Notes under the pieces: generated by a model
What the model saw: the letters and a program-made list of their open reading frames with translations, nothing else
Database searches by the model: none
What the model was told of the DNA's origin: nothing
Translations under genes and position numbers: made by a program
Part shown: in pieces, positions 1 to 10,594 of the stretch
How positions within the stretch are numbered: the first letter of the stretch is position 1
How the letters are laid out: each line of letters starts with the position of its first letter
Sequence record: NC_019517.1
From: Escherichia phage FV3
Length of the DNA: 64,000 nucleotides
Strand: one strand, 5' to 3'

Positions 1-1083
1 GCCTGATAAGGACTGGTAACAAAGCGATAATCTATATCAATTATCTTTCTTTCTCCGTCCTTCTCCACCCACTCAGGCACGAACACTGATGGGAAGTCTG
101 TTTCAGAATACCCTTTGGTTGGACTAGTGAATCTACCAGTTATTGTGTTCGATCTTTTGTCGAAGGAGGCTTCCGGATAGATCTTAACCTCACCGCAAAC
201 ACAGTCCTCACTCAGTGTCATTGTTGCTGGGCCATAGTATGCACCTACCAGCAGACCATACTTACCAGCTACATAGCTAAGATCTGCACCACAAGCTTTC
301 AGCATTTCTGCCATAATACTTGCTGGTGCTTCATCCGTGTCGAACTCACCATTAATGGTGTAACGACTCTCACTGGTTCCGTCTGCGTTTCTTACAGCCT
401 CGTCGCATATGTTGGCAGCCTCCTTGAAGGACTCCCAGTTGATGGTTTCGTCAGGACATTTAAGGTATGTTCTTAAATAGTCCAGAATCACCAAGGCAGC
501 GTTATTGGTATACACCTCTTTACTGGTGCGAGGATCATAGCATTTTTTACCAACCTTGATGAGTGTAACGTTTGGCAACCCAAAAGGGAACTTGTTAGGG
601 TCAAACCTGAAGCTAACACGCAGCCAGCTGATCCCTCTACCTATCATGTCCGGTGACCACGATGGGCAGTGTGTACCCATGAAAGGATCAGAGGTTTTTC
701 TGTCGTTATGTAGCTCCCACGATACCAAATCCCCATACGAGGAAATAGGATTACCGTCGATAAGTATATCTTCTATACCTTCCAGAGAGTGATTGGCAAG
801 AACAATAGCACAATGAAGGGTTCTGTCTCTATCCTGCTCCAAAAACGCAAGCAATCCAGATGTGCGTGTCTTACCATACACTACAGAACAAGGTGCAGCA
901 GAAGATCTAAGAAGCTTTTGCCTATCTTGCTGACTTCTGTAAGATTTGTTACCCTCGAAAATCTTATCCAGAGTTCTGGTGGTAACAGTGTTCAGGCTGT
1001 CAGCCAGAGCTGCCTTGGATGCGTTCCAGTCATAGCTTGAAGATCTTGCAGAAGCAACGATGTTATCAATCATTGCAATTGGC
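1..1083 (-). CDS. Distal tail / host-specificity-like protein, partial (N-terminal about 361 aa; 3' end beyond window start)
   Basis: Hand translation of the minus strand from ATG at 1083-1081 (GGAGG SD upstream, TAATG overlap with upstream gene stop) stays open to position 1; contains a KKCYDPRT-type segment reminiscent of lambda J-like central tail proteins. Absent from ORF track because no stop lies in the window. Confidence 0.45.
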
Positions 1084-1084
1084 A

Positions 1085-1522
1085 TTAATACCTCCAGACA
1101 TCAACAACGATAGAATCTTTCATATCGAACGTAAAGATCCCTTTATCACCTTTCGCCCAAATCTGGTTGTTCCAGAACACACCAGCGGTGAGGCCGTTCA
1201 GACCTTCGAAAATAACAATATCACCACGCTGAACCTGTTTAGGAGTATCCAGTCGAGTCAAAAAGAGATCAAAAACAGTAGGCAGGTGTGTGGTTTTGAA
1301 ACGGAGCATGCACCATCTCTTGCTTTCCAACTCTGTTTTATACGTTCCTTCAAAGTTAGAAAGAAAATCTGTCCCGTATTGGGCATCAACACACTTAGCC
1401 GCAAAAGTGCAACAATCGTGGAATCCCCATTCAAACGGGACGGTGGCTTCTTCGTCAAATACTTTCCACAATTTTTCTTGCCAGTCTACTAAACGAGGGT
1501 GTGTGCTCATTAAACCTCCCAA
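1085..1522 (-). CDS. Hypothetical tail-associated protein (145 aa)
   Basis: ORF in tail gene block, tightly packed with neighbours; contains HDCC motif; function not assignable by eye. Confidence 0.3.
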   Translation of the reverse strand: MGGLMSTHPRLVDWQEKLWKVFDEEATVPFEWGFHDCCTFAAKCVDAQYGTDFLSNFEGTYKTELESKRWCMLRFKTTHLPTVFDLFLTRLDTPKQVQRGDIVIFEGLNGLTAGVFWNNQIWAKGDKGIFTFDMKDSIVVDVWRY

Positions 1523-2076
1523 ATGATCGGGCGGCTCGCCACCTGATCCACATATTTAAAAAATCTGTCATTATCGTTTCTTGAGCTATGGCTTTCCTCT
1601 GTGTATCGGTAAGGAAAACCTCTTAACCAGCTGTTGAAGATGGAAGAGATGGATATGGACAAAGCACTATTCTCCCCTGTCTGAATAGCCATGTCCGTTA
1701 TAAGGCCGTCAAACAAGCCATTAGTTGTAACAGGCAAACCATTCTCCATAGCGGTGATATACAACGTGGCACGGCAACCAGAATACTCAGTCTTCAGAAG
1801 ATCACCTACATACTTGGGATCAAACCCGTTCAATGTTGCTACCACAGATCCGAAGTTGGTGGCATCTTTCTCAGACACAGCAGTCAATGTTGCTGATCCA
1901 CCTATCCCTATGAAATGTTGACCCTCAATCACTACAACACCAGTTCCTGAGCACACCCTGACAGTACCTGTTGGCAGCTCTAGCTTTGCAGCAATTAAGA
2001 TCTCAACACCATCAAGCTCTAGCTTTTCAAGAAATAAATTATCTAATGGCGCTCTTATCATCTTAGAAATCCTCAA
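1510..2076 (-). CDS. Hypothetical tail-associated protein (188 aa)
   Basis: ORF in the tail block, overlapping neighbours by a few codons (operon packing). Confidence 0.3.
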   Translation of the reverse strand: MRISKMIRAPLDNLFLEKLELDGVEILIAAKLELPTGTVRVCSGTGVVVIEGQHFIGIGGSATLTAVSEKDATNFGSVVATLNGFDPKYVGDLLKTEYSGCRATLYITAMENGLPVTTNGLFDGLITDMAIQTGENSALSISISSIFNSWLRGFPYRYTEESHSSRNDNDRFFKYVDQVASRPIIWEV

Positions 2077-2653
2077 AGAAGTTGATAACTATATTGTCAC
2101 CTTTCTGCATAGCATCAACCTTTTGCTTAATTTTATAAAGATCTCTGATATGAAATCTACCCTTCGGAGATTGAGTTATTATCTTCATGGTATCCCCTGC
2201 GGCAATAGGTTTCCTAAGTCTTGGAGATATGTTTATAACAGCAGCCCCAACACCATCGCTTCGTACTGAGGCTGTCACCACTTTCAACTCATCATTGACA
2301 GATATTTTATCCCCAGCTCTGGCTATATCCCTGTTAGGCTCCCAACCAACCGTCTTCAAAAAATCGTCGTTACCAGTCGGTCCGAGAGCGATTGGCTCGT
2401 TGGAGGTAACTGAATGCCCATAAGCCTTGATAAGAAAAATGTTCCCATCTTTGTAAACCTGATCAACAAAGCTTTTGAGCTCCAACAACTGAGACTCGCT
2501 GATATTGGAAACCGTCAAAGTGCCTTTCCAGTTAGGAGTGGCATAGGTGACTTTTTGCGTCTTACCTGTAAACGGGCTTTTAAATGTAACGATGTCTGCC
2601 AGTAACTCCAATCTAATATCTGGGAGGTATCTAGGCCTTTCCCATAAAAACAT
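2063..2653 (-). CDS. Hypothetical tail-associated protein (196 aa)
   Basis: ORF immediately downstream of the long fibre gene on the minus strand. Confidence 0.3.
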   Translation of the reverse strand: MFLWERPRYLPDIRLELLADIVTFKSPFTGKTQKVTYATPNWKGTLTVSNISESQLLELKSFVDQVYKDGNIFLIKAYGHSVTSNEPIALGPTGNDDFLKTVGWEPNRDIARAGDKISVNDELKVVTASVRSDGVGAAVINISPRLRKPIAAGDTMKIITQSPKGRFHIRDLYKIKQKVDAMQKGDNIVINFFEDF

Positions 2654-2705
2654 TGTGCCTCCAGGTTAAACAAATATGATAGTTATTTTACCAGATTTTA
2701 AGTTA

Positions 2706-2735
2706 ATACGCAATACAAACAAAAAGCCCCCGCCG
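2706..2735 (-). terminator. Intrinsic terminator downstream of long tail fibre gene
   Basis: Minus-strand RNA forms GC stem with UUCG tetraloop (plus 2716-2735 gcccccgccgaagcgagggc) followed by U-tract (plus A-run 2709-2715). Confidence 0.6.
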
Positions 2736-2752
2736 AAGCGAGGGCAAAACAG

Positions 2753-5700
2753 TTACTTCAATTTTCCTTGTAACTCGGTAACAACCTCTGTTAGTTTTTT
2801 AACCTGTTCCTCAAGGGAGGTTATTCTATCATCTTGTTCTCTGCAAACCTGAACAAGCAATCCTGTTACAGCCGCATAGTCAACATTATAGAATCTTTCC
2901 TCGGTCATCAGAGGAATACCATCTTGAGTAGGACCAGGAACCTCTTTCCTTTTCACGAAAGAACCAACAGCTTCAGGTAATGCTTCCATGACCTCTTGAG
3001 CAATTACCCCCGCGTGAGGCATACCATTCTCTTTTAGAGTGTAGGTATAGCCCTTCATCTTACGGATAGCTTCCAGCGCGTTAGGAATAACCTCTATGTT
3101 ATCCTTCAGGTCACGGTCAGAGCTCTGGCTGACAGCGGTGCACTCTACTACGCCGTTGACAGCAAGGTACCTTGACTTGGCCTCATCTGTCTTAGCACCA
3201 CAATGCCATACCCAACTGGCAGATGTAGCGTTGTCGTTTATCTGGAACTCAAGCACGTTCTTCCTGTCTGCGCCATTACCCCAGTAGTACATTCTGCCTG
3301 TATTAGAAGGCATGTTGGAAGTGTTGGTAACATCAGTCCCGCCACCTGTATGTATCATGAACTCCGGGTCAAGATTGGAGCCTGCGGTTTTAAGAGTAAT
3401 TCCCTTACCACCAAGCTGCTGCCAAGGTCCCCATGTGAAAACACTACCTATTGTTGTTCCATAACGCAGGAATTTTTCCCCAAGATATGATATATACTCC
3501 TGTACGCAACTCTCTGGAACATTGGCGTAGTTCCTATACACTATAAGCGTACCTGCTCGGGAGCATGGGTAGTTTCTATCAGGTGTGGCTTGAGCATTGG
3601 CCTCCTGATGATAAAAACCTTCCCTATCCCCTTTGTAGTCGTTAAGGTCATTAATCCCTAGACCTTGCCCTCTGTGTTGTATGACCTTGTTCCACGCTCT
3701 ATGGTTACCACCCTCGATAGATCTGGTGTATAACTGATCAAGGCGGCCAGCCATTTGGAAAGCATAGTTTCCAGAGAACGCCACAGACAGTCCACCAACA
3801 ACCATCGAGCCCTCTGGTCCGTTAACATTACCCGCCATTATTTTTGACGGGTTATTAGACCCAAACTGGTTGTTCCAGTCTCCACCAGTATGACATACAA
3901 AACCACCAGGGGCCGAGAAAGTACCGTCTTTGTTGAAATTGTAGAATCTGTGAGCTGTGCCCACAACATCGCGAACAATAACTTGACCAGCTTCTGGGGT
4001 AGATCTGAACTCTGCCTGACCTTTGAGGCCAGCACCATTACCGCATTTAGAGGTAAACGTACCGTTAGTTAGATCCTCTGTTCCATCTGATGCACACTGG
4101 AATCCTGCATTAGAGAATAACGCCTTTCTAGGGCTGCCATAGCACAAATAGTCAATACCGTCAGCCCATAGTTCGACTTTAGGCATGTTCATTTTGCTCA
4201 TCACCGCATAGCGTTCAGCAGTGCCTATATAGTGCCACTGTGTGCCGCCGCCAGTGTAGAACCCAGAGGTACCTTTGAAGTCAACAACAGGTCTGGTGTT
4301 GGTATTGTCATCTCCAAGAACAGCAAGATTCAAATCTGCTGACTGGAGAGGCGCAACAAACTTAACACCGTCCTGATTGTCTGTTACAGCTCCGACCTGG
4401 TAATCTTGCTCTCTGGTAAACACTTCTACAACATTTCTACTTGCGTATACGCTGATAGGGAAAGCACGAGCCTCTGCATAGAAAGCAACATACTCTTGTT
4501 TACCCCTTGTTGGAGCAACCATTCCAAGAAGTGCTTTTTCATTTTGATAGAAATTTACTACCCCGTAGAAAGAATCTCCTCTATCTGTCCAACCACCAGT
4601 TCTATAGTGACACTGCAAGGTGGCGCAGTTCATAGGGTCACCGCCGGATGACGATCTGGTAACTAGGGTAATATCAGTGCCAGTTGTTGGAGCATAGTAC
4701 GGATCTGTTCTAACGATGATTGGGTAGTATTTCCCATCTTCCATCCCTGCAGTTCTTGGCAGTGTTAAGAAATCTTTGACACCCGCAGCTATAGGAACTT
4801 TGAACAGATTCTGAGCATCTGCCAGGGTTGTAGCCCCAGTGCCACCTGCGGCTTGAGGTAAAGGTTCCCACTTGGCCTTCCGGTTGTTATAAACACCCCA
4901 TTCTAGAGTACCATTACCGGATTCATCCATACCGCCATCCCAGACGACCATCTTAGCGGCTTTCTTGGAACCCCAGAACCCTCTTTCTGCCCCTGAACTA
5001 CGAATCCATTCCCCAAGTCCCCAGTTTGTCAGCTGACCCGTGAGATCCCCGACCTGCATGTACTTAGGACAATCTAATACACCATCTTCACGGAATCCTA
5101 AATACCGATGAGTTTCAGATCCTTTTGCGCCTTTGTGCAGGTGGACTGTTAACCAAGTCTTATTGTCGTTTCTTACCTCGGAGTAGATCCTATACCCATG
5201 CTCAAGGACACCGTCAGCACTGTATTTGTCCCCGTTAACAATACCTGATGCCGACTTAACATCAGCAGAGCTTTGAGACAGGTAAAGGTGCCCGAAGGTA
5301 GGGGAATTTCTAGACCCAAGACCGATGTGCGATCTAAAAGTATCATCGTTACGAGGTCTGACCATTGGCTGCCATGCAGTCCACTGGTTTGTGTTGGCCT
5401 GATAGGTTCTTAAATACCAAACATCTACGTTAGAGAATGGATAGTATTCCTGACGACAGCCAGTGCCACCGTTAGCATTGTTCTGCCAAACAATCAAGTG
5501 ACCAGCACCAGAACCTGCAGGATAACCATTTGCCTCAGTTGCATTAGCTGTCATCGGCTGGTAGTATATGCCGTCCTGATTACCAGTCAAGTTATTGATA
5601 TTGAAATTTGCCTCAAGGGCTGCACGTTGCTTATAGAAAGCACCGATATTGATACGGACTCCAGCGGCATCTCTGGCTCCTGTACCGCCTTGCTCTATAG

Positions 5701-6553
5701 CAAGAGGTTGCCACGAGGCTGTTTGCTGGTTCCACATACCCCAACGGCCTGTTGCATCAAGCTGCAAGTACCCTGCCGTGTTTAAATCATCTCCAGCACG
5801 GATAACTGTTCTTGTTGGGTTGTTTGCCTCCAGGCGTTTAAATTCATCACGAAGTGCTATTCTTTTTGTTGTTGCTACACCGTTGGTTACTGCAATGGTA
5901 TACATGGCTCCAGAGGTAGCGCCACGGAAAATACCATCAACAGTCGTAGTATCACGACGAGATACCACACCGTTCAAAAATTTTTCACCAGCTGCTTCAG
6001 AAGGGTAGTTAGTAGTTCTTCCCTCTTCAATAACTGCAGGACCAACAAAGTTGACAAGGTGAATAACATCGCCTACAGTATGCACTGTACCAAAATCTAC
6101 CCGCTGTGCAAGTGCTTTAGCATCGTTGGCTGTCTGAACCGTAACATCCATTACATCCTGGACAGACTGCCCTTCGGCTGTCATGATCATAGATGCGCCA
6201 ATGGTAGACTCCAACTCCTCCCTTAAGGACGGGTCTGTATATACCATCCATGCAGCATCAGTAATCCCACCATCAGAGTACGGTGAAGACAGTGCAGGCA
6301 CAGTGTGTGGAAATTCGCCTTTCCAACGCAGGTAGAGGTCTTCCTCTTCGAAGTAGGCAAAATCCATTGGGCCGTTTAACTTACCACCTTCCTTAAAGGA
6401 GATTACATGAGAAACAGTCCCATCCACATGGACAACATCGCCAATTTTTACACGACGGGTCAGGTCTGGTTGTTGAACAACCAGGTAATCATCCTCTGTC
6501 ACTGCGGTAGTGGCAGGAAGAGATTCAATTCTGACAACTTTAATATCAGCCAT
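2753..6553 (-). CDS. Long tail fibre protein with C-terminal intramolecular chaperone (peptidase S74-like) domain
   Basis: 1266-aa ORF; C-terminal about 130 aa carry the auto-processing chaperone signature (DRDLKDNIEV...GYTYTLKENG...AQEV...) followed by a coiled coil, as in T5 pb1 and endosialidase tailspikes; N-terminal about 85 aa homologous to N-terminus of ORF 9188..9856. Confidence 0.75.
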   Translation of the reverse strand: MADIKVVRIESLPATTAVTEDDYLVVQQPDLTRRVKIGDVVHVDGTVSHVISFKEGGKLNGPMDFAYFEEEDLYLRWKGEFPHTVPALSSPYSDGGITDAAWMVYTDPSLREELESTIGASMIMTAEGQSVQDVMDVTVQTANDAKALAQRVDFGTVHTVGDVIHLVNFVGPAVIEEGRTTNYPSEAAGEKFLNGVVSRRDTTTVDGIFRGATSGAMYTIAVTNGVATTKRIALRDEFKRLEANNPTRTVIRAGDDLNTAGYLQLDATGRWGMWNQQTASWQPLAIEQGGTGARDAAGVRINIGAFYKQRAALEANFNINNLTGNQDGIYYQPMTANATEANGYPAGSGAGHLIVWQNNANGGTGCRQEYYPFSNVDVWYLRTYQANTNQWTAWQPMVRPRNDDTFRSHIGLGSRNSPTFGHLYLSQSSADVKSASGIVNGDKYSADGVLEHGYRIYSEVRNDNKTWLTVHLHKGAKGSETHRYLGFREDGVLDCPKYMQVGDLTGQLTNWGLGEWIRSSGAERGFWGSKKAAKMVVWDGGMDESGNGTLEWGVYNNRKAKWEPLPQAAGGTGATTLADAQNLFKVPIAAGVKDFLTLPRTAGMEDGKYYPIIVRTDPYYAPTTGTDITLVTRSSSGGDPMNCATLQCHYRTGGWTDRGDSFYGVVNFYQNEKALLGMVAPTRGKQEYVAFYAEARAFPISVYASRNVVEVFTREQDYQVGAVTDNQDGVKFVAPLQSADLNLAVLGDDNTNTRPVVDFKGTSGFYTGGGTQWHYIGTAERYAVMSKMNMPKVELWADGIDYLCYGSPRKALFSNAGFQCASDGTEDLTNGTFTSKCGNGAGLKGQAEFRSTPEAGQVIVRDVVGTAHRFYNFNKDGTFSAPGGFVCHTGGDWNNQFGSNNPSKIMAGNVNGPEGSMVVGGLSVAFSGNYAFQMAGRLDQLYTRSIEGGNHRAWNKVIQHRGQGLGINDLNDYKGDREGFYHQEANAQATPDRNYPCSRAGTLIVYRNYANVPESCVQEYISYLGEKFLRYGTTIGSVFTWGPWQQLGGKGITLKTAGSNLDPEFMIHTGGGTDVTNTSNMPSNTGRMYYWGNGADRKNVLEFQINDNATSASWVWHCGAKTDEAKSRYLAVNGVVECTAVSQSSDRDLKDNIEVIPNALEAIRKMKGYTYTLKENGMPHAGVIAQEVMEALPEAVGSFVKRKEVPGPTQDGIPLMTEERFYNVDYAAVTGLLVQVCREQDDRITSLEEQVKKLTEVVTELQGKLK

Positions 6554-6588
6554 TCTTTCTCCTGAAAGGGGGCAAACAGCCCCCTATG

Positions 6589-9186
6589 TTAAAGGTACAA
6601 TCCACGGTATTGAGCATAAAGTCCCAGACCGCGAAGGATTTCGCCAGAGTGATAGCCTACCGGATCAGAAACTGCCCAGCAGCCGTTTAAAACATTATCC
6701 CCGTTAATGAAGTGGTGCTTTTGCAGTAACTTCACACAGGCTTCTACAACAATATCTATTTGAGGTATTGTCTCTGAATACCCGCAAAGACCTAGCCAGC
6801 AGCAACCTGCAAGCCATTCACCTACCACCCACATCCTGTCACCTCTGTCTTGATAAGAATATCCTCCTGAGGTGTTAAAGTCTGTAGGGAGATTTCCGGA
6901 ATGAGATGACTGGAATCTGTTGAGGAACCATGCCCATTTCTGGCAGAACAGGAACAGTCTTTCGTCAACAGGTTCTTTATGTTTCTTAAGCTCATATAGT
7001 GTGCGGCACGCAGCAACAAAGGCTCTTGATTGGAGTTTAGAGTTATCTACCATCTCCCACCAACCAGTCAACCCTTCATTACCCCTCTGCCATACGTAGC
7101 GGGATGCAACTGGTCCTTCTGTTTTAAATGTGTTATTATACCAAACTTGGGAGTCGTACATAAATCCAATTGTATTTGCCAATCTTTGACGATCTATGTT
7201 TTCCGCACCCATACAGTAGACTACCGGATATTGCATTCCGGGATAGGGCCAATTTGGCCTTTCCTCTAGAAGATAATTTTCCTTATCTATCACCTTTCCG
7301 GCAGGGAACACACCTGGAGTGTGTCTGTATGCGCCTTGCTTGTAGTTTCTGACATAGCAATCACCAACCTTGGCGGTTGATTCTGTCTTGCTTGCCATCC
7401 ATACACTAAACCAGATCAGATAAGCATCTCTATCTGCAACATAAAATTGCGGCAGCGTGTTGACGCAATACAGATCGAACAAGCCATTGCCTATCTGCCT
7501 GTCGCTCAGACTGAAATCTACAGAGGTAATTCCTTTAGGGTTGGCAAAGAAAGGTTTAATCTCATCTTCTGTGTGATGAGGTTGTGTTGGATCTAGTTTA
7601 AAATCCCCTAGGGTAAGAGTTTCTGTTATCCATTGTCCGTTAGTGGCATATAGATCAGCATACCATAACCAACGGTCTTTGTCAAGAAATTTGACCCTTA
7701 CCATCTCATCATCTGATCGATAAGTTACTGAGTTTAAAGAAATCTCTCTTCCAAAATTGAAAGTTACTTTGCCTCTTACTATGTTGCAACGGGTGAAGTT
7801 GTCGGAGTGGTTGTAAATGTCGGTATCATACTGCATACTAACACTAGCGCCACCGCTTACGGCAATGTTTTCCTCTTTTGGCAAGAGATACGGGTTACCG
7901 TCTTTACCAACCACCTCTACGAAATCAGTAACTTTGGCAACTGTCTCTGTTACTTCTGACCCTCCAAAAGGGACCCCTATCCTATACTGTTTTTTGTTAT
8001 TGTTGCCATCATTAAGGATGAAATGTGGCTGGAACAGAACCCCCTCTCCTCCGAAATTCATAACAATTTCAGCATCTCTGCCTATCTTGTATGTAGTCCC
8101 TTTTTGGATTATTTCGCAAGGCTGGCGTGCGTTCATTCTAAAATTGATATACCCGTCGCTGTCCCTACTCATGACAGGAACTGTTCCTGCAACGAGACAA
8201 GTACCATCTGTGAACGGTGCCTTAATCAACGTGGTCTTTCTAAACAACTTGTCGTAGGCATTTATATCACTGAAATTAAGCAACTTGTTGTAAGACTGTT
8301 TAAACGCTGTGTAATACTTTTCCTCGCCTGTCAAAGTGTAGAGTTGATAACAAGCGTCACACCACATTTCTTCCCCGTCCAACTCTGGGGCTTGATTGTC
8401 TGCAACCACATTTATAGGGTTTACAATTACAGGGGATCCAGCAGGTATCACCGATCCACCCTGCTCTTGTGGCAATCTCACACAGTAGGTTACTTTGTGG
8501 CTGCCTGTAACACCCTTATCCTGCAGTTGGATTGTGCCGAACTCTGCAGACGTATGACCACTGTCGGCTATGCTACCGTTGGCCCAATAGCGGTTACCAT
8601 CCCATGCTATATACCACTCAACCCACCAACTCAATCCAGATGTTGTCCAATTTGGGTTAGCATCTGTGCCGCCGTAAACATCAGAGTCTACAGTGTTTCT
8701 TCCTAGCACACCGTTATACGCTTGGAATGCCTTGTCTAGGTATTCACCCCATGTCGGAGATCCAGCTGGGATTTTTCCTCTACCGTTGGTAAAAGACACC
8801 ACTACATCTTTAAACCCACCATGTGATGGAACCCCGTCTGTGGATAATGGGTAGTGGGACAATCTTTGCATTTTACTTTCTACTGCATATGCACCCAGAA
8901 GGTGACTGTTGTAGGCTTCCCAAGCTTCTTTGGCCCTATCTAGATAAAAATCGCTTTTCGATGCCCTGTATGCTTCAATGTATCCCAGAATCAACACAGC
9001 TTGAGCTTCATGCATTGCCCAATCATTATTTATCTTACTCCCTGACCAACCTGACGCTATAAGTCCATCCTGGTTTACCAGTTTGTTCTGCGTGGGGAGA
9101 TTGGTAATGCCTGTGTTATTATCGAGGCACTTCCTGTGCCCCTCAATCATCTGAAATACGTTATCAATATTGTGTTGAATACGCAT
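6589..9186 (-). CDS. Large tail fibre / tailspike-like protein (865 aa)
   Basis: Large ORF directly upstream of the long fibre gene in the tail block; Trp/Tyr/Gly-rich, consistent with a beta-rich receptor-binding or glycan-active protein; no motif confidently assigned. Confidence 0.45.
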   Translation of the reverse strand: MRIQHNIDNVFQMIEGHRKCLDNNTGITNLPTQNKLVNQDGLIASGWSGSKINNDWAMHEAQAVLILGYIEAYRASKSDFYLDRAKEAWEAYNSHLLGAYAVESKMQRLSHYPLSTDGVPSHGGFKDVVVSFTNGRGKIPAGSPTWGEYLDKAFQAYNGVLGRNTVDSDVYGGTDANPNWTTSGLSWWVEWYIAWDGNRYWANGSIADSGHTSAEFGTIQLQDKGVTGSHKVTYCVRLPQEQGGSVIPAGSPVIVNPINVVADNQAPELDGEEMWCDACYQLYTLTGEEKYYTAFKQSYNKLLNFSDINAYDKLFRKTTLIKAPFTDGTCLVAGTVPVMSRDSDGYINFRMNARQPCEIIQKGTTYKIGRDAEIVMNFGGEGVLFQPHFILNDGNNNKKQYRIGVPFGGSEVTETVAKVTDFVEVVGKDGNPYLLPKEENIAVSGGASVSMQYDTDIYNHSDNFTRCNIVRGKVTFNFGREISLNSVTYRSDDEMVRVKFLDKDRWLWYADLYATNGQWITETLTLGDFKLDPTQPHHTEDEIKPFFANPKGITSVDFSLSDRQIGNGLFDLYCVNTLPQFYVADRDAYLIWFSVWMASKTESTAKVGDCYVRNYKQGAYRHTPGVFPAGKVIDKENYLLEERPNWPYPGMQYPVVYCMGAENIDRQRLANTIGFMYDSQVWYNNTFKTEGPVASRYVWQRGNEGLTGWWEMVDNSKLQSRAFVAACRTLYELKKHKEPVDERLFLFCQKWAWFLNRFQSSHSGNLPTDFNTSGGYSYQDRGDRMWVVGEWLAGCCWLGLCGYSETIPQIDIVVEACVKLLQKHHFINGDNVLNGCWAVSDPVGYHSGEILRGLGLYAQYRGLYL

Positions 9187-9187
9187 C

Positions 9188-9856
9188 TTAGATAGCTCCT
9201 GCGATAATCAGTGCCCCGTACCAAGTTAACCCGTTGTCGTAGGTTTCTAACTTGAAAATATCTGTTGCACCAGCTGTAAATGTTAGGATAGGATCTCTTC
9301 CGTATGCCCATTTAACATTATCAGGCCAATAGACTTTGTTGCCGCCAGATGTCTGAGTAATGCATACGGTTATAGTTCTCGCCACCCCTTCAAGACCTTC
9401 TGTTTGATTCTCAAAAGAGATCGTGGTATTTGAAGTTAGTCGAACTTTAAAAGTGTCAGCAACTTCAAGATCCATATCAAGCTGACCACCAATAGACCCG
9501 TAATCAACTATTCTACCAGAAGAAGTTGCAGCAAGCTCTCCAAAAACAGACCAGGCTTTTGCAGACACACCCCCAGCACCCTCTACAGTAGAGTCTGGGA
9601 GGATTATTTTAGGATAATCCCCGTTCCACGTGTAGTAGCGCTTGGTCTCTGGGTCATAAGCAAAGTCCTTCTTGCTCTTAAGATAACCACCCTCTGTGAA
9701 ATAGACTATTTTAGTAATGCTGAGATCGTTGACAACATCGTCAATCTTAGCCTTTCTTGTCCCATCAGTCTGATTGACAACCAAGAAGTCATCACTCAGG
9801 ACTGTTTCTGCATCTTCAAGATCTGGAATTGGTATTGTAGGATAAGCTACAGCCAT
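9188..9856 (-). CDS. Short fibre-like protein sharing N-terminal anchor domain with the 1266-aa fibre
   Basis: 222-aa ORF; first about 85 aa align with N-terminus of ORF 2753..6553 (DDFLVVNQTDGTRKAKIDDVV / DDYLVVQQPDLTRRVKIGDVV; FTEGGYL..DFAY / FKEGGKL..DFAY). Confidence 0.45.
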   Translation of the reverse strand: MAVAYPTIPIPDLEDAETVLSDDFLVVNQTDGTRKAKIDDVVNDLSITKIVYFTEGGYLKSKKDFAYDPETKRYYTWNGDYPKIILPDSTVEGAGGVSAKAWSVFGELAATSSGRIVDYGSIGGQLDMDLEVADTFKVRLTSNTTISFENQTEGLEGVARTITVCITQTSGGNKVYWPDNVKWAYGRDPILTFTAGATDIFKLETYDNGLTWYGALIIAGAI

Positions 9857-9865
9857 GATTTCTCC

Positions 9866-10582
9866 TTAGTTAACATCAATAGCACGACCAGACTGGTTGG
9901 CAATAGCCTCATCATTAGAGGTGGCAATAACACCAGAGTATTCGCGCTCATCTGGAGCAAGCGTCCAGGTATTGCGGTTAATGGTTTGTTCTGCCTCGGT
10001 CATCAGCAGATCTTTATCCTGAGTCAACAGAGAGCCTACAGGGATCGGGTTTTCCATCTCAGGACCAGCATACTGGTTCCACCATGTGGCATCCCCGGTT
10101 CTAGGTAATCTAAAGTTGATCAGGTAGTACAGTTTATTAGCCCACTTAATCCAACCTTCATCATCACAGAGAGAGGTTGTCCCGGCATCAGGCTGTGGAT
10201 AGGTAAACTGATCAAGACCTACGAAAGCAAGTCTTACAATCTCGTTCTCCTTGGTAACAACCTCAAAGAACGCTTGATATGTTCTCGATCTTCGATCCAT
10301 AGTAGATTGGAAGTTTATGATGTTTAGCACATCCGGCTCTTGTCTTGCCACTTCCATAATCTTGTTATCAAGAACAGTCTTCATGACCTTCTTGCTAAGA
10401 AAGTCCATATAAGGGAAGCCAAACAACTCATCAAAGTACCAGCTCCCTTTCCAGGTATTAAACCTCATCCACAGGCGCTGGCGCAGACTTACTTGGTTTG
10501 AGTCTATCAACTTAAGACCTTTGTCTATCGCCAAATCACCTGTCTGTGGGTCCATCAATATATCACTATAAAGCGTAGCCAT
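9866..10582 (-). CDS. Putative baseplate protein (238 aa)
   Basis: Position between spike-like gene and fibre genes; no motif assigned. Confidence 0.3.
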   Translation of the reverse strand: MATLYSDILMDPQTGDLAIDKGLKLIDSNQVSLRQRLWMRFNTWKGSWYFDELFGFPYMDFLSKKVMKTVLDNKIMEVARQEPDVLNIINFQSTMDRRSRTYQAFFEVVTKENEIVRLAFVGLDQFTYPQPDAGTTSLCDDEGWIKWANKLYYLINFRLPRTGDATWWNQYAGPEMENPIPVGSLLTQDKDLLMTEAEQTINRNTWTLAPDEREYSGVIATSNDEAIANQSGRAIDVN

Positions 10583-10594
10583 GCAAGCCCTCTA

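Noticed and set aside
556-1040. Plus-strand ORFs 556..792 and 789..1040
   Set aside because: They lie antisense inside a long uninterrupted minus-strand reading frame (partial distal tail gene, 1..1083) that fits the operon structure; likely spurious.
8023-8706. Plus-strand 227-aa ORF (and similar antisense ORFs such as 12588..13223, 17971..18414, 22408..22851, 23194..23607)
   Set aside because: Embedded antisense within large minus-strand structural genes with strong operon context; Cys/Ser/Leu-rich low-complexity translations typical of non-coding frames.
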